Position numbers and translations under genes: made by a program. From a virus: a stretch of 64,000 nt of DNA. The stretch covers positions 32,001 to 96,000 of IMG/VR virus record IMGVR_UViG_3300032401_000001; one strand, written 5' to 3'. The notes under the pieces were generated by a model. That model did not search any database. It saw only the letters and a program-made list of their open reading frames with translations, and had not been told where the DNA came from. Positions 1 to 10,296 of the stretch are shown in pieces (positions within the stretch are counted from its first letter, which is position 1; each line of letters opens with the position of its first letter).

Positions 1-2201
1 AGAGTGCCACTGCCGGCGTCAAGCAGATCGATGGCAGTACCACCGACGGTTTCAGCAACGCGGAACATGTTGAGCGCCGCATCGCGCACGTATTTCGTTC
101 CTGCGGTGAGCCCCTGCGGCAGGACACGCGGCGTCCAGAAGACGACATCGTTGGTGTCACTGAAGCCGTGCCCCGCGGCCGTCAGGAGATCAGTGGTGGG
201 GTCCGCTGTGCAGATCTTGTCTGTGGCATCGAGACCCCAGAGACCCGCGAGACGCCCCAGCTGCAGCAAGACTCCTGCTTCGTAGTCGACGGTGTAGTCT
301 TCACCAAGACGCGGTTCGTGAACTCCGCCCGTGTCGGCATCGCCGACGCTGCCGGCCAACCGTACACTGCTACGCACCACCCGGGTGTGCACCAGTGCGG
401 TCTGATAGCCGTCGTGAACCCGCCAGGAGAGCGTGCCGTTGTTGGCGTCGGGGTACCCGAACAGTTGATCCAGTACCAAGTGCCTATTCGAACCACCCAC
501 CTTGCGGATGCGATACGTGCCGCTGTTCGTGACAACGTTGACTTGCACGGTTACGCCCGTTTCGGGCGTGAAGGGACTGTCATCGAGTACGACGCTGTTG
601 CCGTCGGCGGCGATGGATTGAATGAAGTAGGTGCCCATCTGGGTCCCGGTGGTGATGGTCACTTGACCACCAGCTGATGCGCGTGCAAACGGTTGCTGCA
701 TCCCGGCCGTGCGCGTCAGCGTATTGCCATACCCCAGATCCGCAGTACAGGTGATCGTGGCCCCGCCGGAGATCGTCACGAAGCGTTGTCGGTCACTGCT
801 GGGATCGAACGCGGCGCCGGCATCGAAGAGACATGGACCCAACAGTACGTCGTTGATCAGCTGACCGGTGGCTCCGATCTTGGGCGTACCGGTTTCGGTG
901 AAGAGGACCGGTTCTTCAACGACGTCGGCTTCGGCCGGCTGCCGCAAGATGACGTAGTCCCGCACCAACCGGGGCGTGATGCCGTCCTGGGTACCGTATA
1001 CGGTGAGCGTGCCGGTGCCGGCGCTGGTGATGTCGAGTGCGACGCCACCTGCATTGGCCGCCAACTTGAAATCGCTGCCGGTCAGTTCGCGCACGTAGTA
1101 GTAGCGACCGGCGATCAACCCACCCGGCATCGTTCCCGTCGTGGTCAACAACACGCGTGTGTCGACAGAGAAACCGTGCGTGGCGAGTGTAACGCGATCG
1201 GTGAGAGGGTCTGCGGTGGCTGTTCGGCCGGCGTCGCTCAGCTGCGGCCCGGTGCCACTGGAAAGCGGGGTCTGCGCAGACAGGTAGCAGCGTTCGTGTC
1301 GTACCAGGGCGATGTTGTAGTCGACAGGCGTCGTGGGCACCGCACTCTGGTCGAGCACCCGCAGAATGTCGCCTTTGCGTATACCCAGGCCGATGGGCCA
1401 ATCTGCGATCCAAGAACCCTGCTCTGAATCGCGCAATCGGCGGGCGGCATCATCGAAGCTGCCACCCATCGCGACCGTCAGAACGCGCTTGGCGAAGCCC
1501 GGCACAGTGGTGAATTCCGAGTCGAGCAGCGTCGCCTGCAGAAACCCGGTGTTGGGGTCTGGCAACGTGATGTTGCCGGCCAACAGCACGGCTTGCGCGT
1601 CGATGACTTCAGCAACCCGGTACGTCTGGTTGTTGCCAACGGCACTGTTGAGGAGGCGTACCCAGTGACCGGGCTTGGCGTCGGTGAACGGGGTACCTTC
1701 GGTCACGTAGCAGCGTGTCAGCGCACCCGTGCCGTAGGTCAACAACGAAGCTGCGGTGCTAGTCCCAAGTACGCGGCTGACGCTGCCAGTGGGATCCACG
1801 GCTAGCTGCAGCTCGTAGTTCCCAGCGTCAAGATCGTAGTCAGTACTGGGCACCAACGCGGCCGTGGGCTCAAAGACCTTGTTCTGCAGCACCGCAATTG
1901 CCGTGATGGCTTCTGGCAGTACGTAGACGTAGCGAGAAGCACCGGGATTGGTGGCTTCTCGAAACGTCACACGGTCTTCGCGAATGGTCAGGAGCTTGAA
2001 CAGCTCCTTGCGAAAGAGGGGTACGTCTTGTACCGAGATGCCGAGGAACGATTGCAGGATGTCGAAGTACGCCTGTGCCAGCTGAATCTCAGAGGCGTTG
2101 AACAACCCTTCCAGCGTCGGCGTATCAGCGAAGAAACGGGTCCAGAAGTCGCTGAGTCCGCGCAGCAGCGAGGTCGAACGATCGTCGAGCGACGTGGGCA
2201 T
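1..2201 (-). CDS. Large baseplate/tail-associated structural protein, partial (runs off left edge)
   Basis: Not in the ORF track. ATG at 2201 overlaps the TGA of the baseplate J-like gene; the parts I translated are open (MPTSLDDRSTSLLRGLSDFWTRFF...) and the frame reaches base 3. Contains two copies of a ~65-aa HG-F...LPxGLxAG..YYVR module. Confidence 0.7.
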   Translation of the reverse strand, partial: MPTSLDDRSTSLLRGLSDFWTRFFADTPTLEGLFNASEIQLAQAYFDILQSFLGISVQDVPLFRKELFKLLTIREDRVTFREATNPGASRYVYVLPEAITAIAVLQNKVFEPTAALVPSTDYDLDAGNYELQLAVDPTGSVSRVLGTSTAASLLTYGTGALTRCYVTEGTPFTDAKPGHWVRLLNSAVGNNQTYRVAEVIDAQAVLLAGNITLPDPNTGFLQATLLDSEFTTVPGFAKRVLTVAMGGSFDDAARRLRDSEQGSWIADWPIGLGIRKGDILRVLDQSAVPTTPVDYNIALVRHERCYLSAQTPLSSGTGPQLSDAGRTATADPLTDRVTLATHGFSVDTRVLLTTTGTMPGGLIAGRYYYVRELTGSDFKLAANAGGVALDITSAGTGTLTVYGTQDGITPRLVRDYVILRQPAEADVVEEPVLFTETGTPKIGATGQLINDVLLGPCLFDAGAAFDPSSDRQRFVTISGGATITCTADLGYGNTLTRTAGMQQPFARASAGGQVTITTGTQMGTYFIQSIAADGNSVVLDDSPFTPETGVTVQVNVVTNSGTYRIRKVGGSNRHLVLDQLFGYPDANNGTLSWRVHDGYQTALVHTRVVRSSVRLAGSVGDADTGGVHEPRLGEDYTVDYEAGVLLQLGRLAGLWGLDATDKICTADPTTDLLTAAGHGFSDTNDVVFWTPRVLPQGLTAGTKYVRDAALNMFRVAETVGGTAIDLLDAGSGT

Positions 2202-4234
2202 CAGGTGCGCTCCTGCACAACGATGTCATCCTCGACAGCGCAGTAGCAGGCCACGGTGTCACTGAGTCCATACTCGAGTGGATTCAACAACCCCTCGATC
2301 AGGTCGTCCGGGGCAGCTTGCAGTGCCCGCAGCTTGGTGACGTCGCTGGGAAGCTCGACCTTCTCTGCCGTCGTGAACACGATCACGCGACCGTCGGGAA
2401 CGTAGACTTCGTAGTCGATGGTGAAGGGGTAGACCTGTCCGATGACGGTGGGATACAGCGCGCGCAGTTGCGTCGAGATGACCGAGACGTCGATGACTTC
2501 GGTGGGCGGGAATCGATTGATGAACTCCGTCAGTGCGCGACTGGCCTCGACGACATCGACGGTGACGTTCGGATCTGCGTTCCGGAGACGGGAGAACTCG
2601 ACGATGAACTTCAAGTACAGCGGGTGGTAGCCCTTCACCAACGGCGACGCCGCGGCGATCTTCTCCCGTCGATTCACCACGCGGTAGTCGAGCGTGTCGA
2701 AGATGGCGAGCGTGTCGTAGGTGACCTTGATGCTCTTGCCATCGTACTTGCCGAGGTCTTCGACTGGCCCCGCCAGGATTTCCATGAAGCTCCGGGCCGA
2801 CTGGTGATTGGCGGGCTCGTGAACGATCAGCTTGTACTGATTGTCCGGCGCCACTTGTTCCGTCGGGGTATCGTTGAGACGCACGTTCAGGTGCACTAGA
2901 CCATCGGTGGGGTCTGCATCGGGGTCAGTCGAATCCAGGACGGCGACATCCTTGATGCGGTAGACTGGCCCGCCCGGCAGCGTGACCCGCCCCGAGGCCT
3001 GCCAACGCCGGGACGTCTCGCCAGTCAATTGTTGGCCGACGACATCCTGGTAGTCGGGCATCATCTGTCCCACTGACCAGGTCACGTAGTTCAGTTGCTC
3101 ATCGGTGGGCACCGGGAACGGGGTCCGTTCACTGATGAGCATCTGTGCGTTTTGCACTTCGCGGATGATGAAGTCGCGAGCACTGATGGGCAGCCCAGCC
3201 CAGACCCGCAGCACCATGCCCGCGGTCATGGTTTTGCCAGTCACCGGGTCAGGGTCGGTGAACTTGTGCCCCGTCGGGTCGTTGACGGGGTCGTAGGGCG
3301 CGTAGGTGAGGTCGCGGAAGATGTTGGCGACGTTGTCGGGACGCTGAAACTTGCCACCGACGGTGCCGGTGAAGGACGTCTCCATCAAGCTGGTGGCAAC
3401 GAAGATGTCCTGGCAACCACCGGTGTGGACATCGATGCCGTTCGTGGCCTCGCGTTCACGGTCACGGATCATCTCGACGTCGCCCATGCCGATGAGCGAC
3501 AACGCGGTGATCTCGACGTACTCGTCCTTGAGGACGACGTCACAGGACCGCGCGTTGATCAGGTTGCGCGTTGCGATGACCGTGCCACTACGGTCGATGA
3601 GATCCGCCGTAGTCTCGATGTCCTTGCCCCCGGTGGCGCGGGTGAGCGTCTCGATTTGCGTGACGTAGGGGCTGAAGTTGTCGAAAGACGAGAAGCGGCC
3701 CGGTTCGATGTTGAACCCGGTGCCGGTGGTCTGTGCGACGAGTGGCACTTTGAACTGGTAACCGATGACGATGCCGCTGGAATCGAAGAGTGCCGTCAGC
3801 TGCTCGGCGGGGATGTTCAAGTCCCCGCCCCCATTGTCGAGGAGAAACGGCAGGTCTGAGCTCTTGTAGAACCGGGTGGTCCGCTTGATGGTGAGATCAG
3901 CGCGCTGGGTGGCAAGGCCGTAGCTCATGATGCGCGCATAGCCACCGCCCCGGCGCCCGATGAACCAGTTCGCGGCCCACGCATCGACGGCGTCGTCGGT
4001 AGCCGTCGGGTCGTCGCTAGTGTCGACCTCGAGGATCGTCTTGATGCTCTGGCGAATGTCGATCTGCCGCCCCGTCTCGCGCATCAACGCTACGGTGCCG
4101 GCCACCGCCTTCACCGCCAGATCGCGCAATGCCGCGCCATCGGAGTAGTCGCCTTCGGGAACGGCGTCGTCCAAGTACTCCTTGATGAACGTTTCCGCGT
4201 CCCGTACATCCTGTGCATTCACCGTCGTCGACAT
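2201..4234 (-). CDS. Baseplate J-like wedge protein
   Basis: 677 aa; N-terminal 'EYLDDAVPEGDYSDGAALRDL', 'ANWFIGRRGG', downstream of a gp25-like gene; typical contractile-tail order. Confidence 0.7.
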   Translation of the reverse strand: MSTTVNAQDVRDAETFIKEYLDDAVPEGDYSDGAALRDLAVKAVAGTVALMRETGRQIDIRQSIKTILEVDTSDDPTATDDAVDAWAANWFIGRRGGGYARIMSYGLATQRADLTIKRTTRFYKSSDLPFLLDNGGGDLNIPAEQLTALFDSSGIVIGYQFKVPLVAQTTGTGFNIEPGRFSSFDNFSPYVTQIETLTRATGGKDIETTADLIDRSGTVIATRNLINARSCDVVLKDEYVEITALSLIGMGDVEMIRDREREATNGIDVHTGGCQDIFVATSLMETSFTGTVGGKFQRPDNVANIFRDLTYAPYDPVNDPTGHKFTDPDPVTGKTMTAGMVLRVWAGLPISARDFIIREVQNAQMLISERTPFPVPTDEQLNYVTWSVGQMMPDYQDVVGQQLTGETSRRWQASGRVTLPGGPVYRIKDVAVLDSTDPDADPTDGLVHLNVRLNDTPTEQVAPDNQYKLIVHEPANHQSARSFMEILAGPVEDLGKYDGKSIKVTYDTLAIFDTLDYRVVNRREKIAAASPLVKGYHPLYLKFIVEFSRLRNADPNVTVDVVEASRALTEFINRFPPTEVIDVSVISTQLRALYPTVIGQVYPFTIDYEVYVPDGRVIVFTTAEKVELPSDVTKLRALQAAPDDLIEGLLNPLEYGLSDTVACYCAVEDDIVVQERT

Positions 4235-4243
4235 GGAAGTCCT

Positions 4244-4696
4244 CTAGGCGGCGTCGGCCAGGTCCGGCAACCGGATCACCATCTCTTGGCCGGCGGCGTT
4301 GCTGATGCGCACCCACGCATCAAAGCCGTCAGCACCATTCGCTTCGAACCGCTCCAGCGTTGCCGTGAGCAGTTGCTCATCGAGATCTGGCGGCGCCAGT
4401 TGTTGAACGGCGAAGATCTGTTCGTTGCAGTCCTGAATCGAGAGCATGACGATGTCGCGTACGTCGGTCATCGAAGTGACGTTGGCCCCGATGAGGCTAG
4501 GAAAATTGGTGCCGTCATCGAGACGCAGTGGGTCGCTGCCCTTCGTCGTGAGGAAGCGCTTCAGCCACTGGATCACCAGCTTGTAGGGACCGCGCACCGC
4601 GATCGTGCGGCTGAAGCCGAAGACCAATGACGAGAAGCCCGTCATGTGTTCTTCGACCTTCCCCTGTAGATAGATGTCGTAGGTCGCCATTGTCAC
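4244..4696 (-). CDS. Baseplate wedge protein, gp25-like
   Basis: 150 aa; 'GPYKLVIQWLKRFLTTKGSDP..GTNFPSLIG' resembles gp25/GPW fold proteins; position just upstream of J-like gene. Confidence 0.55.
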   Translation of the reverse strand: MTMATYDIYLQGKVEEHMTGFSSLVFGFSRTIAVRGPYKLVIQWLKRFLTTKGSDPLRLDDGTNFPSLIGANVTSMTDVRDIVMLSIQDCNEQIFAVQQLAPPDLDEQLLTATLERFEANGADGFDAWVRISNAAGQEMVIRLPDLADAA

Positions 4697-5832
4697 GGCT
4701 CCCAGAGACCAGTCTTCTCGTTGAAGACCATGATAGTCCCCCCGGGGGCGAGGAGACCAGTGAGTTCCGCGGCGTTGGCTAACCGAATGGTGTTGGCGTT
4801 CTGTTGCATCTGCTGATTCTTGACGTCGACACCGGCTTGTGCGGCGCCCTTGAACTTGTCCTGCCGCGTCTCTTGAACTGCGTTACCGGCCCGTGACCAA
4901 CCCGCACCGTGAGCCTTGAAAGCTTCGAGGATCGCGCCTTGGCCACTGTTGTTCACCTGTGCGATGGCCTGCGCGATCATCGCTTGGGTTTCAGAGACGA
5001 GTACTTTGCCCGCCAACACGGCGTCACGACGACGTTCCCAGACACAAGCATCGAGGCCACGTACTGCTAATGACCAGACACCTTGCTCATTGGTTCGGAT
5101 CTGCTTCTTGGTGGTAGTCTTGCCTTCGGCGTTTACGTACGGGGCCACTGTTACGTAGGCCGCCATGCGTGCGACGCCTGGCGCCATGAGGTTGGGCAAG
5201 GTCATCTTGCCCTGGAATTTCTTCAAGCAGCGAATGATCGTCCCTGCGAGACCGTTCTTCTGAGATTCGCCGCGATCATCTCCAGTCTCAATGAACCGTT
5301 GTACGTTCTTCATCGTGCCCGGCCCCATCGCATGGGCGCCGTATTGCAGCCACGTGTAGAGGACCAAGTCCTTCAACACGTTCTTGTCGGCCATCACCAG
5401 GTACTTATGGACGTCGCGGAACTCCGACATGACGACCGGAGTCGCTTGTACCGGGTCAAGGGCTTGGCTCTTGTTCAACCCGTGCCACTTGCCACCCTTG
5501 TCCCACTTGGCCTTCATCTGCCACATGCCGATGTCGTACTCATCTCCCGCAGGTCCGGTGCGGCGGGTGGCTTGGCGGTCCGCTTGGAAACCTGACTCAC
5601 GACGACAAATCGCCATGCAACAGCCGAACGGAACATAGTCGCGGTACTGATCGATGAGCTTGGCCGCGTACTGTGCACGCTTCCACAACGACGAATCGCT
5701 AGTCGTCAGCGCGATGTTGCGGTAAACGACTTGGTTCTGCAGAAAGGAATTCTGGTATTCCTTCGCATATTGCTGCACGGCCGTCGTCGCTGACGGTGGG
5801 GAGTTCGTGATGGGTACCGGCGGTGCCGACAT
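4693..5832 (-). CDS. Virion-associated lytic transglycosylase (SLT/lysozyme-like)
   Basis: 'AICRRESGF' catalytic Glu motif, 'IGMWQM' motif II, 'ALDPVQA'; located in baseplate operon. Confidence 0.65.
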   Translation of the reverse strand: MSAPPVPITNSPPSATTAVQQYAKEYQNSFLQNQVVYRNIALTTSDSSLWKRAQYAAKLIDQYRDYVPFGCCMAICRRESGFQADRQATRRTGPAGDEYDIGMWQMKAKWDKGGKWHGLNKSQALDPVQATPVVMSEFRDVHKYLVMADKNVLKDLVLYTWLQYGAHAMGPGTMKNVQRFIETGDDRGESQKNGLAGTIIRCLKKFQGKMTLPNLMAPGVARMAAYVTVAPYVNAEGKTTTKKQIRTNEQGVWSLAVRGLDACVWERRRDAVLAGKVLVSETQAMIAQAIAQVNNSGQGAILEAFKAHGAGWSRAGNAVQETRQDKFKGAAQAGVDVKNQQMQQNANTIRLANAAELTGLLAPGGTIMVFNEKTGLWEP

Positions 5833-5833
5833 C

Positions 5834-6547
5834 TCAGTGTTGTGCCTGCTGGAAGAGCGTCAGCAACTTGCGCTTCTGGTACGACAGCTGCCCCTGCGTG
5901 AGATCGAACTTCTGCATGATCTCCTGGTTCGAGAGGACGTCCTTGCCGCCGTAGCCGGTGATGTGTTCGAAGAGCCGCTGCTGATGCGGTGACATGTCGT
6001 GGTACACGAAGCCGACCAGCGGGTTCTGTGTGTCAGCGACCGGGAAGGTAGCGGGATTGAATTCGCCGGAGGCCAGCAGCTCACGGCGACCGTAGGCCCG
6101 CTGGAACTCCGTGATGCGCTGCTCAGGCCAGCCCAGGTGATCGGAGAGCTCCGACGCGGTCGGGTCGCGCCCGAGCTCGTCCTTCAAGCGCCCCTGCGCG
6201 GCGTGGAAACTCACCATGCCGATGGCCTTGTGCTCGGGTAGGCGTGCTGCCTGGGCATGGCTGTAGGTCAAGCGGGACAGCTTCTGCAAACGGTTGGTGA
6301 CGTGGGTCGCTAGCGCCGTGCCCATGCGCGGGTTGTAGTCCTGGAGCGCCTCGACGGCGAGTACTTTGGCGTGGGTCTCCAGTAGATCACGGGAAAGCAT
6401 CCCCGACCAGCGCCCTACCTGCTGACCGATGAGTGGCTGCAGCTGGTTCAACACCGCTTGCAGGTCGGCGCCAGACCGGCTCTTCTGCCACTGCTGCCAC
6501 AGGCGCAGGTCTTCGGCCTTGCGGCCGCTCACTTCGCCAAGGTCCAT
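5834..6547 (-). CDS. RNA polymerase sigma-70 family factor (FliA/WhiG/SigF-like)
   Basis: Region 2 ('EALQDYNPRMGTALATHVTNRL'), region 3 ('ELGRDPTASELSDHLGW') and region 4-like C-terminus ('LSNQEIMQKFDLTQGQLSYQKRK'). Confidence 0.8.
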   Translation of the reverse strand: MDLGEVSGRKAEDLRLWQQWQKSRSGADLQAVLNQLQPLIGQQVGRWSGMLSRDLLETHAKVLAVEALQDYNPRMGTALATHVTNRLQKLSRLTYSHAQAARLPEHKAIGMVSFHAAQGRLKDELGRDPTASELSDHLGWPEQRITEFQRAYGRRELLASGEFNPATFPVADTQNPLVGFVYHDMSPHQQRLFEHITGYGGKDVLSNQEIMQKFDLTQGQLSYQKRKLLTLFQQAQH

Positions 6548-6573
6548 GCTCCGAGTTTACTGCAACTGAAGGG

Positions 6574-9516
6574 TCAGCGGGAGAGCTTGTACGTGGAGTA
6601 GATCTTCGCCCGGTGCGCCAGGAGGATGCCGTCCCATTGGGCGCGGAGCACCGGGAACGTGAGGGGTACGCCTTCGCCGGCAGTCTCGTTCTTGACCACA
6701 GCCCCCGCCGGCGGGACCTTCTCACCGGTCTGTGAGGACGTTCCGGCGCCACCCATGGGCGTGGTCGGGCTATCCGGAGGCAGGTTCTGCTGAGCGGCAG
6801 TGGCTACGTCGGCCGGCGTTGCTCCTTTGAGGTAGCGGATGCGAGTGTAGTAGCGCGCGGAGGGGATTCCACCGCCGTTCTGATACGCGAACTCGTCATT
6901 GGCACCTTCACGCACGCCGCCGATGAAAGAGACGTACTCGTCTAGCGTACAAATGGGACGCGAACCGTAGTTCATCCCCGCGTCGAAGCTGTCGAAGAGC
7001 GGTTCGAGGCCGGGTGTAGGGGTGAGCTCACGTTGCGCGGCCCCTGCCAGATTGTGGAACGTCAGCGGTGGCGCTACGATGGCCGCATCGACTTCGGCCA
7101 TCAGTGTCTTCACAGCTTCTTTGAGAGTCAAGAAGCCTTGCGACGACGCTTCGTAGAAGTCCGTGACCGCTTGACCCAGTGCGGGACGGTACAGCGACGC
7201 CGCTATCTTCTCGATCTGATCCAGGGCGTTCAGTGGACCGCGCAGCTCGGAGAACGCCTTCTTGATGCTCTCTGGGTCGAGCTGCAGACTGCCGGTGCGC
7301 GCCTTGGCCATCACCTCGAGCGTCACATCATTGTTCAACGGCGCCAGCGCCGCTTTCTGCGTGGTCAGTGCTGCGCGCTGTTCACGCAACGTCTCTTCAT
7401 TCGTGCCTTCGATCTTGATGGGCTCGATGGTGCCGTCCGGCTTGACGAATGCCAGCAGGTCACGAATACGGCACACCGAAGGGTAGGCGCGTGGCGCCGG
7501 CTGGGCGCGTGAACCTTCGGCGCTGCTCTCGGTACGTCGCCACAGCAAGCGCTGGTAGAACTGATCGGCGCGCCACTCGTGCTGCAGGATGTCGCGGATT
7601 TCGGGAATAGGCTCGGGTGGCGCAGCCGCCGTGGCGAGATTTTTGCGGTCCGGGTTCTGCGGTTGGTCCATCTCGTTGGCAACGTCCGTCAGGAACTCGT
7701 AGATCGTGCGTCCGTAGCTGAAGCTCAGCGAGGTCGCTGCGGACCCGGCCGAAATGGCGTGGGTGACCGCCATGAGATAGCCCACGAGATGCAGCCGCGA
7801 TTGGAAATCGTCGAACGCCACCAACGGGAATCCGGGAACGGGGTAGGGATCAAAGCCGCTGATCTCGATGACGCCGTTCCGCTTCTCGTAGCGCTGCCGG
7901 AAGTACTCGTGCTGAGCGTACAACCGGTAGAGGTCCTTCTCGGTGAGTGACGTCTCGCCTTTAGGCGGCGTGACAGTCTTGGAATCAGGGGTGCCTAGAC
8001 CCTCGGGGCCAAGCGGCTCATTCTGGATCTGCGCTTGGAAATAGAAGAGCCACGGGGGCGCCGCGGCCACTGCAGTGACTGGTCCTTTGAAGAACTCCTC
8101 GGGGTAGAGCAGGATGTTCTTCCCCGTCAGGAACGGATCCTTGACGATGCGCGCCTGCAACCGCTTGTCGATCGCTGGCGGGTAACCGACGGTCACCGCA
8201 TTGACCAACAGACTCTCCGGCTTATCGGTTCCGCCAGCGACCCCCGCCAGCTCGTGGTCTTCGACGTAGAGGCGCGTCGGCTGAGTCGCGTAGCTCTCCT
8301 GGTAGGAGAGCTGATGCACCATCGACGGAAAGATGACGTTGCACACCGGAGCCAGCGAGAAGAGACACTGCGGCTTGACGAAGTAGTTGGTCAAGCGCCC
8401 GGGCTCCATGGGGGTCATGAAGTACGGTGCGGAGAATGCGTTGGGCAGTCCCTGTGCCTTCGAGTTGGCGGCTTGTGCAGCGGCGGCGCCAGTGAGTGGT
8501 TGTCCCAAGAAGTTCTTCGGGGTCGGTCCAGGACCTAGAATCTCTCCGTTCAGGCCAGTCTTGACGTACGCCGGCGTCGGCAGCATGGCCAACTCCAGCT
8601 GCATGATGTCGAGGATCTGCTTGATCATCCCAAAGATGGCCACCTTGGACGCCTCGGCCGCCATCTGATCGCGGAGTGCCTTGACCGCGAAGTTCGAACG
8701 CACTGCGCGCAGGATGGGTGCCAAGCCCACCGGTTGGACTGACTTGGGGGTCGGCGTCTGATTGCCGACGGTGTCACAGACTTCTTCGAGGAAGGGCAGC
8801 GCCACGAACTTGTTGTGGAACTGGTTGCGGCGAATCCAGCGCACGAAGAAGTTGATCGCCGGCAGTGACCGCAGCTTGTCAGGGATCTTCGGTGACGTCA
8901 GTGCCCGGATGAAGTTGTAGATCAGGTCGTAGGGTCGCGTGATGATCTGTTCCTGCGCGGTCTTGTCGTTGCCGACTTCCGGGAGCAGCCCGCGGCAGAA
9001 GAGTGCGTAGGGGAAGGTCGCCACGGCTTGGGTGATCAGCGAACCGTCTTTGCCGGTCTCCTGCACCCCTTCAACGATGCCGGCCACCGTACTCATGTAG
9101 TAGAGGAAGAGCTGCGTGTAGAGTGCGATGTCAGCCACACAATCAATGACGATGCTCCGGCCGAGCGCGGTGTTACTGTAGCCCCAGCCGACGATCTCCC
9201 CTTCGAAGAGCATGCGCCAGGTGGGCTTCTCCGGTTCGAGGTACTCGTCCAGGTAGAAGAGCACCACCGGAACGCGGTCTTCGGCGCCTAGGCGCTGCAG
9301 GAGAGGATCCGGGAAGAGAGTGACGCGGCACTCGGGGATCTTCCAGACGCCGTAGCTCACCGTGGCTGAGGTGATGGGGATCTCGATGCCCGCGATGTAG
9401 AAGAGCAACGGTGCACGGTGCGGCATGTTGCTGGAGAAGACCGCGCGGATGCCCGCCGACTTACCGCTGCGATAGGTGAGCGGGTCGTACTTCTCTTGAC
9501 CGGGGAAGGCCGCCAT
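6574..9516 (-). CDS. Putative baseplate hub / tail protein
   Basis: 980 aa; N-terminal beta-rich 'IAGIEIPITSATVSYG...LFEGEIVGWGY' typical of hub proteins; position between tape measure and wedge genes. Confidence 0.5.
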   Translation of the reverse strand: MAAFPGQEKYDPLTYRSGKSAGIRAVFSSNMPHRAPLLFYIAGIEIPITSATVSYGVWKIPECRVTLFPDPLLQRLGAEDRVPVVLFYLDEYLEPEKPTWRMLFEGEIVGWGYSNTALGRSIVIDCVADIALYTQLFLYYMSTVAGIVEGVQETGKDGSLITQAVATFPYALFCRGLLPEVGNDKTAQEQIITRPYDLIYNFIRALTSPKIPDKLRSLPAINFFVRWIRRNQFHNKFVALPFLEEVCDTVGNQTPTPKSVQPVGLAPILRAVRSNFAVKALRDQMAAEASKVAIFGMIKQILDIMQLELAMLPTPAYVKTGLNGEILGPGPTPKNFLGQPLTGAAAAQAANSKAQGLPNAFSAPYFMTPMEPGRLTNYFVKPQCLFSLAPVCNVIFPSMVHQLSYQESYATQPTRLYVEDHELAGVAGGTDKPESLLVNAVTVGYPPAIDKRLQARIVKDPFLTGKNILLYPEEFFKGPVTAVAAAPPWLFYFQAQIQNEPLGPEGLGTPDSKTVTPPKGETSLTEKDLYRLYAQHEYFRQRYEKRNGVIEISGFDPYPVPGFPLVAFDDFQSRLHLVGYLMAVTHAISAGSAATSLSFSYGRTIYEFLTDVANEMDQPQNPDRKNLATAAAPPEPIPEIRDILQHEWRADQFYQRLLWRRTESSAEGSRAQPAPRAYPSVCRIRDLLAFVKPDGTIEPIKIEGTNEETLREQRAALTTQKAALAPLNNDVTLEVMAKARTGSLQLDPESIKKAFSELRGPLNALDQIEKIAASLYRPALGQAVTDFYEASSQGFLTLKEAVKTLMAEVDAAIVAPPLTFHNLAGAAQRELTPTPGLEPLFDSFDAGMNYGSRPICTLDEYVSFIGGVREGANDEFAYQNGGGIPSARYYTRIRYLKGATPADVATAAQQNLPPDSPTTPMGGAGTSSQTGEKVPPAGAVVKNETAGEGVPLTFPVLRAQWDGILLAHRAKIYSTYKLSR

Positions 9517-9525
9517 GGTCCTAGC

Positions 9526-10293
9526 CTACCCCGCAAGCACGCCGGTCTCGAGCACTTTCGCAAGACAGACGGCCAGGCAGCTCATCGGTACTCGCAGGTT
9601 GGGGTCATCGATGTCGTAGCGGCGGAGCAAATCGGCGTGCATCGCGGGCAGCCCCAGCGTTTGCAGCTCTCCGATGACCGCCGTCAACAAACCGGGTTTA
9701 CCGCGTAAAGCAGTGTCGATGACGAGGTTCGAACGCTGCCGGCACAGGTGGACAGCTGCCTCGATGGACGTGGGTGTTGGCACCAACGTGCGCAGTACTG
9801 GTGCCAAGTCGTTGCTGTGTGCGCGCAGGAACAACCAGCGTACGGCGCGGTTCACCTGGGGTCGATCGATGGCTAGATCGAGCAGCAGGGTACGGAGCTG
9901 ATCGGTGCTGCGCAGCGTTGAATCCCAGTGATCGTAGGGCAGCAGCAGCGACTGTTCGAAGCTGTTGGGAGGACCGACGAAACAAGTCGGGTCTTCGTCA
10001 ACCCACAAGGTCCAGCGCGCGGCGCTGTCACTGAAGACGCCGAAGGTCAACTGCGCCGCATAAGGCCACGCTATCGGCGGCGAAACCTCGTACCGGTAGC
10101 TGCTACCGCCCAAGCTCGTCCGCATGACCGTATAGCCACCGCGAGCTGTTTCGTCGAAGTAGATGACGACGTCATTGATGCTGATGAGCACAGCCGACAG
10201 GAGCGGTGCGCCGGTCAGTGTGAACTTGACGGCCTGCGTCGGTGCTGTCAGGTGGTCAGGTACCGGATCGTAATCGGAAACCACGGCAGGCAC
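9526..10293 (-). CDS. Hypothetical protein in tail/baseplate operon
   Basis: 255-aa ORF tightly packed and co-oriented with structural genes. Confidence 0.6.
   Translation of the reverse strand: MPAVVSDYDPVPDHLTAPTQAVKFTLTGAPLLSAVLISINDVVIYFDETARGGYTVMRTSLGGSSYRYEVSPPIAWPYAAQLTFGVFSDSAARWTLWVDEDPTCFVGPPNSFEQSLLLPYDHWDSTLRSTDQLRTLLLDLAIDRPQVNRAVRWLFLRAHSNDLAPVLRTLVPTPTSIEAAVHLCRQRSNLVIDTALRGKPGLLTAVIGELQTLGLPAMHADLLRRYDIDDPNLRVPMSCLAVCLAKVLETGVLAG
9696..9710. promoter_or_regulatory. TTTAC-N3-GTAAA palindrome (intragenic copy)
   Basis: GTTTACCGCGTAAAG inside ORF 9526-10293, ~180 bp upstream of the 980-aa gene start. Confidence 0.45.
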
Positions 10294-10296
10294 GTA

